Below are positions 1-11,616 of a stretch of DNA of 64,000 bases, in pieces (position 1 is the stretch's first letter; every line of letters starts with the position of its first letter). Position numbers and translations under genes: made by a program. The notes beneath the pieces were generated by a model, which made no database searches, was not told the origin of the DNA, and saw only the letters and a program-made list of their open reading frames with translations. Origin of the DNA: Auanema rhodensis (Eukaryota > Animalia > Nematoda); the NCBI GenBank assembly GCA_964057225.1, contig CAXKVF010000089.1, forward strand, positions 62,001-126,000, written 5' to 3'.

Positions 1-45
1 TATGGACATGGGGAATCTAATTTTGAAAACCGCATCTCTTTATCT

Positions 46-55
46 TTCACGTGAA
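46..55. other. Perfect 10-bp palindrome TTCACGTGAA with an E-box/G-box core (recurs every 176 bp)
   Basis: Read directly; self-complementary. Protein binding is not demonstrated. Confidence 0.85.
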
Positions 56-77
56 GCGAGTTACATACCAAGTGCAC

Positions 78-85
78 ATCACGTG
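78..85 (+). other. ATCACGTG, E-box matching the RTCACRTG (CDEI-type) consensus (recurs every 176 bp)
   Basis: Exact motif match, flanked by palindromic hexamers GTGCAC (72-77) and TGTACA (84-89). Function is unproven. Confidence 0.6.
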
Positions 86-128
86 TACATTTAATTAGCA
101 TAAATTAAAGTTCACGTAAGTTTCAAAG

Positions 129-143
129 TCATGGTTACCATGA
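129..143. other. 15-bp interrupted palindrome TCATGGT-T-ACCATGA (recurs every 176 bp)
   Basis: 7-bp arms are exact reverse complements around a central T; the C143 allele shortens the arms to 6 bp. Confidence 0.85.
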
Positions 144-352
144 AGCAATATCAATAAAAATTTGTTTTTAGACTAATATGGACATGGGGAATCTAATTTT
201 GAAAACCGCATCTCTTTATCTTTCACGTGAAGCGAGTTACATACCAAGTGCACATCACGTGTACATTTAATTAGCATAAATTAAAGTTCACGTAAATTTC
301 AAAGTCATGGTTACCATGAACCAATATCAATAAAATTTTGTTTTTAGACTAA

Positions 353-528
353 TATGGACATGGGGAATCTAATTTTGAAAACCGCATCTCTTTATCTTTC
401 ACGTGAAGCGAGTTACATACCAAGTGCACATCACGTGTACATTTAATTAGCATAAATTAAAGTTCACGTAAATTTCAAAGTCATGGTTACCATGAACCAA
501 TATCAATAAAAATTTGTTTTTAGACTAA
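353..528 (+). repeat. Representative consensus monomer (M3, AAC allele at positions 143-145)
   Basis: Carries none of the local diagnostic variants; identical copies occur throughout the window (e.g. 705-880, 63185-63360). Confidence 0.95.
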
Positions 529-3500
529 TATGGACATGGGGAATCTAATTTTGAAAACCGCATCTCTTTATCTTTCATGTGAAGCGAGTTACATACCAAG
601 TGCACATCACGTGTACATTTAATTAGCATAAATTAAAGTTCACGTAAATTTCAAAGTCATGGTTACCATGAAGCAATATCAATAAAAATTTGTTTTTAGA
701 CTAATATGGACATGGGGAATCTAATTTTGAAAACCGCATCTCTTTATCTTTCACGTGAAGCGAGTTACATACCAAGTGCACATCACGTGTACATTTAATT
801 AGCATAAATTAAAGTTCACGTAAATTTCAAAGTCATGGTTACCATGAACCAATATCAATAAAAATTTGTTTTTAGACTAATATGGTCATGGGGAATCTAA
901 TTTTGAAAACCGCATCTCTTTATCTTTCACGTGAAGCGAGTTACATACCAAGTGCACATCACGTGTACATTTAATTAGCATAAATTAAAGTTCACGTAAA
1001 TTTCAAAGTCATGGTTACCATGAAACAATATCAATAAAAATTTGTTTTTAGACTAATATGGACATGGGGAATCTAATTTTGAAAACCGCATCTCTTTATC
1101 TTTCACGTGAAGCGAGTTACATACCAAGTGCACATCACGTGTACATTTAATTAGCATAAATTAAAGTTCACGTAAATTTCAAAGTCATGGTTACCATGAA
1201 CCAATATCAATAAAAATTTGTTTTTAGACTAATATGGACATGGGGAATCTAATTTTGAAAACCGCATCTCTTTATCTTTCACGTGAAGCGAGTTACATAC
1301 CAAGTGCACATCACGTGTACATTTAATTAGCATAAATTAAAGTTCACGTAAATTTCAAAGTCATGGTTACCATGCACCAATATCAATAAAAATTTGTTTT
1401 TAGACTAATATGGACATGGGGAATCTAATTTTGAAAACCGCATCTCTTTATCTTTCACGTGAAGCGAGTTACATACCAAGTGCACATCACGTGTACATTT
1501 AATTAGCATAAATTAAAGTTCACGTAAATTTCAAAGTCATGGTTACCATGCACCAATATCAATAAAAATTTGTATTTAGACTAATATGGACATGGGGAAT
1601 CTAATTTTGAAAACCGCATCTCTTTATCTTTCACGTGAAGCGAGTTACATACCAAGTGCACATCACGTGTACATTTAATTAGCATAAATTAAAGTTCACG
1701 TAAGTTTCAAAGTCATGGTTACCATGAAGCAATATCAATAAAAATTTGTTTTTAGACTAATATGGACATGGGGAATCTAATTTTGAAAACCGCATCTCTT
1801 TATCTTTCACGTGAAGCGAGTTACATACCAAGTGCACATCACGTGTACATTTAATTAGCATAAATTAAAGTTCACGTAAATTTCAAAGTCATGGTTACCA
1901 TGAACCAATATCAATAAAAATTTGTTTTTAGACTAATATGGACATGGGGAATCTAATTTTGAAAACCGCATCTCTTTATCTTTCACGTGAAGCGAGTTAC
2001 ATACCAAGTGCACATCACGTGTACATTTAATTAGCATAAATTAAAGTTCACGTAAATTTCAAAGTCATGGTTACCATGAAACAATATCAATAAAAATTTG
2101 TTTTTAGACTAATATGGACATGGGGAATCTAATTTTGAAAACCGCATCTCTTTATCTTTCACGTGAAGCGAGTTACATACCAAGTGCACATCACGTGTAC
2201 ATTTAATTAGCATAAATTAAAGTTCACGTAAATTTCAAAGTCATGGTTACCATGCACCAATATCAATAAAAATTTGTTTTTAGACTAATATGGACATGGG
2301 GAATCTAATTTTGAAAACCGCATCTCTTTATCTTTCACGTGAAGCGAGTTACATACCAAGTGCACATCACGTGTACATTTAATTAGCATAAATTAAAGTT
2401 CACGTAAATTTCAAAGTCATGGTTACCATGCACCAATATCAATAAAAATTTGTATTTAGACTAATATGGACATGGGGAATCTAATTTTGAAAACCGCATC
2501 TCTTTATCTTTCACGTGAAGCGAGTTACATACCAAGTGCACATCACGTGTACATTTAATTAGCATAAATTAAAGTTCACGTAAGTTTCAAAGTCATGGTT
2601 ACCATGAAGCAATATCAATAAAAATTTGTTTTTAGACTAATATGGACATGGGGAATCTAATTTTGAAAACCGCATCTCTTTATCTTTCACGTGAAGCGAG
2701 TTACATACCAAGTGCACATCACGTGTACATTTAATTAGCATAAATTAAAGTTCACGTAAATTTCAAAGTCATGGTTACCATGAACCAATATCAATAAAAT
2801 TTTGTTTTTAGACTAATATGGACATGGGGAATCTAATTTTGAAAACCGCATCTCTTTATCTTTCACGTGAAGCGAGTTACATACCAAGTGCACATCACGT
2901 GTACATTTAATTAGCATAAATTAAAGTTCACGTAAATTTCAAAGTCATGGTTACCATGAACCAATATCAATAAAAATTTGTTTTTAGACTAATATGGACA
3001 TGGGGAATCTAATTTTGAAAACCGCATCTCTTTATCTTTCATGTGAAGCGAGTTACATACCAAGTGCACATCACGTGTACATTTAATTAGCATAAATTAA
3101 AGTTCACGTAAATTTCAAAGTCATGGTTACCATGAAGCAATATCAATAAAAATTTGTTTTTAGACTAATATGGACATGGGGAATCTAATTTTGAAAACCG
3201 CATCTCTTTATCTTTCACGTGAAGCGAGTTACATACCAAGTGCACATCACGTGTACATTTAATTAGCATAAATTAAAGTTCACGTAAATTTCAAAGTCAT
3301 GGTTACCATGAACCAATATCAATAAAAATTTGTTTTTAGACTAATATGGACATGGGGAATCTAATTTTGAAAACCGCATCTCTTTATCTTTCACGTGAAG
3401 CGAGTTACATACCAAGTGCACATCACGTGTACATTTAATTAGCATAAATTAAAGTTCACGTAAATTTCAAAGTCATGGTTACCATGAAACAATATCAATA

Positions 3501-4224
3501 AAAATTTGTTTTTAGACTAATATGGACATGGGGAATCTAATTTTGAAAACCGCATCTCTTTATCTTTCACGTGAAGCGAGTTACATACCAAGTGCACATC
3601 ACGTGTACATTTAATTAGCATAAATTAAAGTTCACGTAAATTTCAAAGTCATGGTTACCATGAACCAATATCAATAAAAATTTGTTTTTAGACTAATATG
3701 GACATGGGGAATCTAATTTTGAAAACCGCATCTCTTTATCTTTCACGTGAAGCGAGTTACATACCAAGTGCACATCACGTGTACATTTAATTAGCATAAA
3801 TTAAAGTTCACGTAAATTTCAAAGTCATGGTTACCATGCACCAATATCAATAAAAATTTGTTTTTAGACTAATATGGACATGGGGAATCTAATTTTGAAA
3901 ACCGCATCTCTTTATCTTTCACGTGAAGCGAGTTACATACCAAGTGCACATCACGTGTACATTTAATTAGCATAAATTAAAGTTCACGTAAATTTCAAAG
4001 TCATGGTTACCATGCACCAATATCAATAAAAATTTGTATTTAGACTAATATGGACATGGGGAATCTAATTTTGAAAACCGCATCTCTTTATCTTTCACGT
4101 GAAGCGAGTTACATACCAAGTGCACATCACGTGTACATTTAATTAGCATAAATTAAAGTTCACGTAAGTTTCAAAGTCATGGTTACCATGAAGCAATATC
4201 AATAAAAATTTGTTTTTAGACTAA

Positions 4225-7200
4225 TATGGACATGGGGAATCTAATTTTGAAAACCGCATCTCTTTATCTTTCACGTGAAGCGAGTTACATACCAAGTGCA
4301 CATCACGTGTACATTTAATTAGCATAAATTAAAGTTCACGTAAATTTCAAAGTCATGGTTACCATGAACCAATATCAATAAAAATTTGTTTTTAGACTAA
4401 TATGGACATGGGGAATCTAATTTTGAAAACCGCATCTCTTTATCTTTCACGTGAAGCGAGTTACATACCAAGTGCACATCACGTGTACATTTAATTAGCA
4501 TAAATTAAAGTTCACGTAAATTTCAAAGTCATGGTTACCATGAAACAATATCAATAAAAATTTGTTTTTAGACTAATATGGACATGGGGAATCTAATTTT
4601 GAAAACCGCATCTCTTTATCTTTCACGTGAAGCGAGTTACATACCAAGTGCACATCACGTGTACATTTAATTAGCATAAATTAAAGTTCACGTAAATTTC
4701 AAAGTCATGGTTACCATGAACCAATATCAATAAAAATTTGTTTTTAGACTAATATGGACATGGGGAATCTAATTTTGAAAACCGCATCTCTTTATCTTTC
4801 ACGTGAAGCGAGTTACATACCAAGTGCACATCACGTGTACATTTAATTAGCATAAATTAAAGTTCACGTAAATTTCAAAGTCATGGTTACCATGCACCAA
4901 TATCAATAAAAATTTGTTTTTAGACTAATATGGACATGGGGAATCTAATTTTGAAAACCGCATCTCTTTATCTTTCACGTGAAGCGAGTTACATACCAAG
5001 TGCACATCACGTGTACATTTAATTAGCATAAATTAAAGTTCACGTAAATTTCAAAGTCATGGTTACCATGCACCAATATCAATAAAAATTTGTATTTAGA
5101 CTAATATGGACATGGGGAATCTAATTTTGAAAACCGCATCTCTTTATCTTTCACGTGAAGCGAGTTACATACCAAGTGCACATCACGTGTACATTTAATT
5201 AGCATAAATTAAAGTTCACGTAAGTTTCAAAGTCATGGTTACCATGAAGCAATATCAATAAAAATTTGTTTTTAGACTAATATGGACATGGGGAATCTAA
5301 TTTTGAAAACCGCATCTCTTTATCTTTCACGTGAAGCGAGTTACATACCAAGTGCACATCACGTGTACATTTAATTAGCATAAATTAAAGTTCACGTAAA
5401 TTTCAAAGTCATGGTTACCATGAACCAATATCAATAAAATTTTGTTTTTAGACTAATATGGACATGGGGAATCTAATTTTGAAAACCGCATCTCTTTATC
5501 TTTCACGTGAAGCGAGTTACATACCAAGTGCACATCACGTGTACATTTAATTAGCATAAATTAAAGTTCACGTAAATTTCAAAGTCATGGTTACCATGAA
5601 CCAATATCAATAAAAATTTGTTTTTAGACTAATATGGACATGGGGAATCTAATTTTGAAAACCGCATCTCTTTATCTTTCATGTGAAGCGAGTTACATAC
5701 CAAGTGCACATCACGTGTACATTTAATTAGCATAAATTAAAGTTCACGTAAATTTCAAAGTCATGGTTACCATGAAGCAATATCAATAAAAATTTGTTTT
5801 TAGACTAATATGGACATGGGGAATCTAATTTTGAAAACCGCATCTCTTTATCTTTCACGTGAAGCGAGTTACATACCAAGTGCACATCACGTGTACATTT
5901 AATTAGCATAAATTAAAGTTCACGTAAATTTCAAAGTCATGGTTACCATGAACCAATATCAATAAAAATTTGTTTTTAGACTAATATGGACATGGGGAAT
6001 CTAATTTTGAAAACCGCATCTCTTTATCTTTCACGTGAAGCGAGTTACATACCAAGTGCACATCACGTGTACATTTAATTAGCATAAATTAAAGTTCACG
6101 TAAATTTCAAAGTCATGGTTACCATGAAGCAATATCAATAAAAATTTGTTTTTAGACTAATATGGACATGGGGAATCTAATTGTGAAAACCGCATCTCTT
6201 TATCTTTCACGTGAAGCGAGTTACATACCAAGTGCACATCACGTGTACATTTAATTAGCATAAATTAAAGTTCACGTAAATTTCAAAGTCATGGTTACCA
6301 TGAACCAATATCAATAAAAATTTGTTTTTAGACTAATATGGACATGGGGAATCTAATTTTGAAAACCGCATCTCTTTATCTTTCACGTGAAGCGAGTTAC
6401 ATACCAAGTGCACATCACGTGTACATTTAATTAGCATAAATTAAAGTTCACGTAAATTTCAAAGTCATGGTTACCATGAAGCAATATCAATAAAAATTTG
6501 TTTTTAGACTAATATGGACATGGGGAATCTAATTTTGAAAACCGCATCTCTTTATCTTTCACGTGAAGCGAGTTACATACCAAGTGCACATCACGTGTAC
6601 ATTTAATTAGCATAAATTAAAGTTCACGTAAATTTCAAAGTCATGGTTACCATGAACCAATATCAATAAAAATTTGTTTTTAGACTAATATGGACATGGG
6701 GAATCTAATTTTGAAAACCGCATCTCTTTATCTTTCACGTGAAGCGAGTTACATACCAAGTGCACATCACGTGTACATTTAATTAGCATAAATTAAAGTT
6801 CACGTAAATTTCAAAGTCATGGTTACCATGCACCAATATCAATAAAAATTTGTTTTTAGACTAATATGGACATGGGGAATCTAATTTTGAAAACCGCATC
6901 TCTTTATCTTTCACGTGAAGCGAGTTACATACCAAGTGCACATCACGTGTACATTTAATTAGCATAAATTAAAGTTCACGTAAATTTCAAAGTCATGGTT
7001 ACCATGAAACAATATCAATAAAAATTTGTTTTTAGACTAATATGGACATGGGGAATCTAATTTTGAAAACCGCATCTCTTTATCTTTCACGTGAAGCGAG
7101 TTACATACCAAGTGCACATCACGTGTACATTTAATTAGCATAAATTAAAGTTCACGTAAATTTCAAAGTCATGGTTACCATGAACCAATATCAATAAAAT

Positions 7201-10200
7201 TTTGTTTTTAGACTAATATGGACATGGGGAATCTAATTTTGAAAACCGCATCTCTTTATCTTTCACGTGAAGCGAGTTACATACCAAGTGCACATCACGT
7301 GTACATTTAATTAGCATAAATTAAAGTTCACGTAAATTTCAAAGTCATGGTTACCATGCACCAATATCAATAAAAATTTGTTTTTAGACTAATATGGACA
7401 TGGGGAATCTAACTTTGAAAACCGCATCTCTTTATCTTTCACGTGAAGCGAGTTACATACCAAGTGCACATCACGTGTACATTTAATTAGCATAAATTAA
7501 AGTTCACGTAAATTTCAAAGTCATGGTTACCATGAACCAATATCAATAAAAATTTGTTTTTAGACTAATATGGACATGGGGAATCTAATTTTGAAAACCG
7601 CATCTCTTTATCTTTCACGTGAAGCGAGTTACATACCAAGTGCACATCACGTGTACATTTAATTAGCATAAATTAAAGTTCACGTAAATTTCAAAGTCAT
7701 GGTTACCATGAAGCAATATCAATAAAAATTTGTTTTTAGACTAATATGGACATGGGGAATCTAATTTTGAAAACCGCATCTCTTTATCTTTCATGTGAAG
7801 CGAGTTACATACCAAGTGCACATCACGTGTACATTTAATTAGCATAAATTAAAGTTCACGTAAATTTCAAAGTCATGGTTACCATGAAGCAATATCAATA
7901 AAAATTTGTTTTTAGACTAATATGGACATGGGGAATCTAATTTTGAAAACCGCATCTCTTTATCTTTCACGTGAAGCGAGTTACATACCAAGTGCACATC
8001 ACGTGTACATTTAATTAGCATAAATTAAAGTTCACGTAAATTTCAAAGTCATGGTTACCATGAACCAATATCAATAAAAATTTGTTTTTAGACTAATATG
8101 GACATGGGGAATCTAATTTTGAAAACCGCATCTCTTTATCTTTCACGTGAAGCGAGTTACATACCAAGTGCACATCACGTGTACATTTAATTAGCATAAA
8201 TTAAAGTTCACGTAAATTTCAAAGTCATGGTTACCATGAAACAATATCAATAAAAATTTGTTTTTAGACTAATATGGACATGGGGAATCTAATTTTGAAA
8301 ACCGCATCTCTTTATCTTTCACGTGAAGCGAGTTACATACCAAGTGCACATCACGTGTACATTTAATTAGCATAAATTAAAGTTCACGTAAATTTCAAAG
8401 TCATGGTTACCATGAACCAATATCAATAAAAATTTGTTTTTAGACTAATATGGACATGGGGAATCTAATTTTGAAAACCGCATCTCTTTATCTTTCACGT
8501 GAAGCGAGTTACATACCAAGTGCACATCACGTGTACATTTAATTAGCATAAATTAAAGTTCACGTAAATTTCAAAGTCATGGTTACCATGCACCAATATC
8601 AATAAAAATTTGTTTTTAGACTAATATGGACATGGGGAATCTAATTTTGAAAACCGCATCTCTTTATCTTTCACGTGAAGCGAGTTACATACCAAGTGCA
8701 CATCACGTGTACATTTAATTAGCATAAATTAAAGTTCACGTAAATTTCAAAGTCATGGTTACCATGCACCAATATCAATAAAAATTTGTATTTAGACTAA
8801 TATGGACATGGGGAATCTAATTTTGAAAACCGCATCTCTTTATCTTTCACGTGAAGCGAGTTACATACCAAGTGCACATCACGTGTACATTTAATTAGCA
8901 TAAATTAAAGTTCACGTAAGTTTCAAAGTCATGGTTACCATGAAGCAATATCAATAAAAATTTGTTTTTAGACTAATATGGACATGGGGAATCTAATTTT
9001 GAAAACCGCATCTCTTTATCTTTCACGTGAAGCGAGTTACATACCAAGTGCACATCACGTGTACATTTAATTAGCATAAATTAAAGTTCACGTAAATTTC
9101 AAAGTCATGGTTACCATGAACCAATATCAATAAAATTTTGTTTTTAGACTAATATGGACATGGGGAATCTAATTTTGAAAACCGCATCTCTTTATCTTTC
9201 ACGTGAAGCGAGTTACATACCAAGTGCACATCACGTGTACATTTAATTAGCATAAATTAAAGTTCACGTAAATTTCAAAGTCATGGTTACCATGAACCAA
9301 TATCAATAAAAATTTGTTTTTAGACTAATATGGACATGGGGAATCTAATTTTGAAAACCGCATCTCTTTATCTTTCATGTGAAGCGAGTTACATACCAAG
9401 TGCACATCACGTGTACATTTAATTAGCATAAATTAAAGTTCACGTAAATTTCAAAGTCATGGTTACCATGAAGCAATATCAATAAAAATTTGTTTTTAGA
9501 CTAATATGGACATGGGGAATCTAATTTTGAAAACCGCATCTCTTTATCTTTCACGTGAAGCGAGTTACATACCAAGTGCACATCACGTGTACATTTAATT
9601 AGCATAAATTAAAGTTCACGTAAATTTCAAAGTCATGGTTACCATGAACCAATATCAATAAAAATTTGTTTTTAGACTAATATGGACATGGGGAATCTAA
9701 TTTTGAAAACCGCATCTCTTTATCTTTCACGTGAAGCGAGTTACATACCAAGTGCACATCACGTGTACATTTAATTAGCATAAATTAAAGTTCACGTAAA
9801 TTTCAAAGTCATGGTTACCATGAAGCAATATCAATAAAAATTTGTTTTTAGACTAATATGGACATGGGGAATCTAATTGTGAAAACCGCATCTCTTTATC
9901 TTTCACGTGAAGCGAGTTACATACCAAGTGCACATCACGTGTACATTTAATTAGCATAAATTAAAGTTCACGTAAATTTCAAAGTCATGGTTACCATGAA
10001 CCAATATCAATAAAAATTTGTTTTTAGACTAATATGGACATGGGGAATCTAATTTTGAAAACCGCATCTCTTTATCTTTCACGTGAAGCGAGTTACATAC
10101 CAAGTGCACATCACGTGTACATTTAATTAGCATAAATTAAAGTTCACGTAAATTTCAAAGTCATGGTTACCATGAAGCAATATCAATAAAAATTTGTTTT

Positions 10201-11440
10201 TAGACTAATATGGACATGGGGAATCTAATTTTGAAAACCGCATCTCTTTATCTTTCACGTGAAGCGAGTTACATACCAAGTGCACATCACGTGTACATTT
10301 AATTAGCATAAATTAAAGTTCACGTAAATTTCAAAGTCATGGTTACCATGAACCAATATCAATAAAAATTTGTTTTTAGACTAATATGGACATGGGGAAT
10401 CTAATTTTGAAAACCGCATCTCTTTATCTTTCACGTGAAGCGAGTTACATACCAAGTGCACATCACGTGTACATTTAATTAGCATAAATTAAAGTTCACG
10501 TAAATTTCAAAGTCATGGTTACCATGCACCAATATCAATAAAAATTTGTTTTTAGACTAATATGGACATGGGGAATCTAATTTTGAAAACCGCATCTCTT
10601 TATCTTTCACGTGAAGCGAGTTACATACCAAGTGCACATCACGTGTACATTTAATTAGCATAAATTAAAGTTCACGTAAATTTCAAAGTCATGGTTACCA
10701 TGAAACAATATCAATAAAAATTTGTTTTTAGACTAATATGGACATGGGGAATCTAATTTTGAAAACCGCATCTCTTTATCTTTCACGTGAAGCGAGTTAC
10801 ATACCAAGTGCACATCACGTGTACATTTAATTAGCATAAATTAAAGTTCACGTAAATTTCAAAGTCATGGTTACCATGAACCAATATCAATAAAATTTTG
10901 TTTTTAGACTAATATGGACATGGGGAATCTAATTTTGAAAACCGCATCTCTTTATCTTTCACGTGAAGCGAGTTACATACCAAGTGCACATCACGTGTAC
11001 ATTTAATTAGCATAAATTAAAGTTCACGTAAATTTCAAAGTCATGGTTACCATGCACCAATATCAATAAAAATTTGTTTTTAGACTAATATGGACATGGG
11101 GAATCTAACTTTGAAAACCGCATCTCTTTATCTTTCACGTGAAGCGAGTTACATACCAAGTGCACATCACGTGTACATTTAATTAGCATAAATTAAAGTT
11201 CACGTAAATTTCAAAGTCATGGTTACCATGAACCAATATCAATAAAAATTTGTTTTTAGACTAATATGGACATGGGGAATCTAATTTTGAAAACCGCATC
11301 TCTTTATCTTTCACGTGAAGCGAGTTACATACCAAGTGCACATCACGTGTACATTTAATTAGCATAAATTAAAGTTCACGTAAATTTCAAAGTCATGGTT
11401 ACCATGAAGCAATATCAATAAAAATTTGTTTTTAGACTAA
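4225..11440 (+). repeat. Tandem duplication with 21-monomer (3696-bp) period
   Basis: M25-44 (4225-7744) and M46-65 (7921-11440) have the same variant order; G23 at 6183/9879 and C21 at 7413/11109. Confidence 0.88.
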
Positions 11441-11616
11441 TATGGACATGGGGAATCTAATTTTGAAAACCGCATCTCTTTATCTTTCACGTGAAGGGAG
11501 TTACATACCAAGTGCACATCACGTGTACATTTAATTAGCATAAATTAAAGTTCACGTAAATTTCAAAGTCATGGTTACCATGCACCAATATCAATAAAAA
11601 TTTGTATTTAGACTAA

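Noticed and set aside
2-94. 30-codon ORF in each monomer (MDMGNLILKTASLYLSREASYIPSAHHVYI*)
   Set aside because: Short, bounded by an upstream in-frame TAG (169-171) and TAA, with no recognisable domain. 176 is not a multiple of 3, so no long repeat protein is possible; an ORF of this size is expected by chance.
131-157. Mini-ORF MVTM(N/H/K)QYQ* whose fifth codon is the multi-allelic site
   Set aside because: Eight codons with no expression evidence; the overlap with the variable site is most simply coincidental.
153-158. AATAAA polyadenylation-like signal
   Set aside because: Expected by chance in 68% AT DNA, has no gene context, and is freely disrupted by T156, C157 and C158.
1-176. Identity with Brassica CentBr, Arabidopsis CEN178 or alpha satellite; CENP-B box
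   Set aside because: Only the length is similar. I do not recognise sequence similarity, and no TTCG-N4-A-N2-CGGG motif is present on either strand. A database search is needed for a real assignment.
1-176. Tandem 5S rRNA, tRNA, snRNA or spliced-leader gene array
   Set aside because: No recognisable 5S or tRNA sequence, Pol III A/B/C boxes or cloverleaf; the unit is short and AT-rich.
78-176. Budding-yeast-type point centromere (CDEI-CDEII-CDEIII)
   Set aside because: The CDEI-like octamer is not followed by a >90% AT CDEII or a recognisable CDEIII, and point centromeres are not tandemly arrayed.
4225-11440. 3696 bp equals exactly 352 helical turns of 10.5 bp
   Set aside because: Arithmetic triviality: 21 times any integer is divisible by 10.5, so it carries no information.
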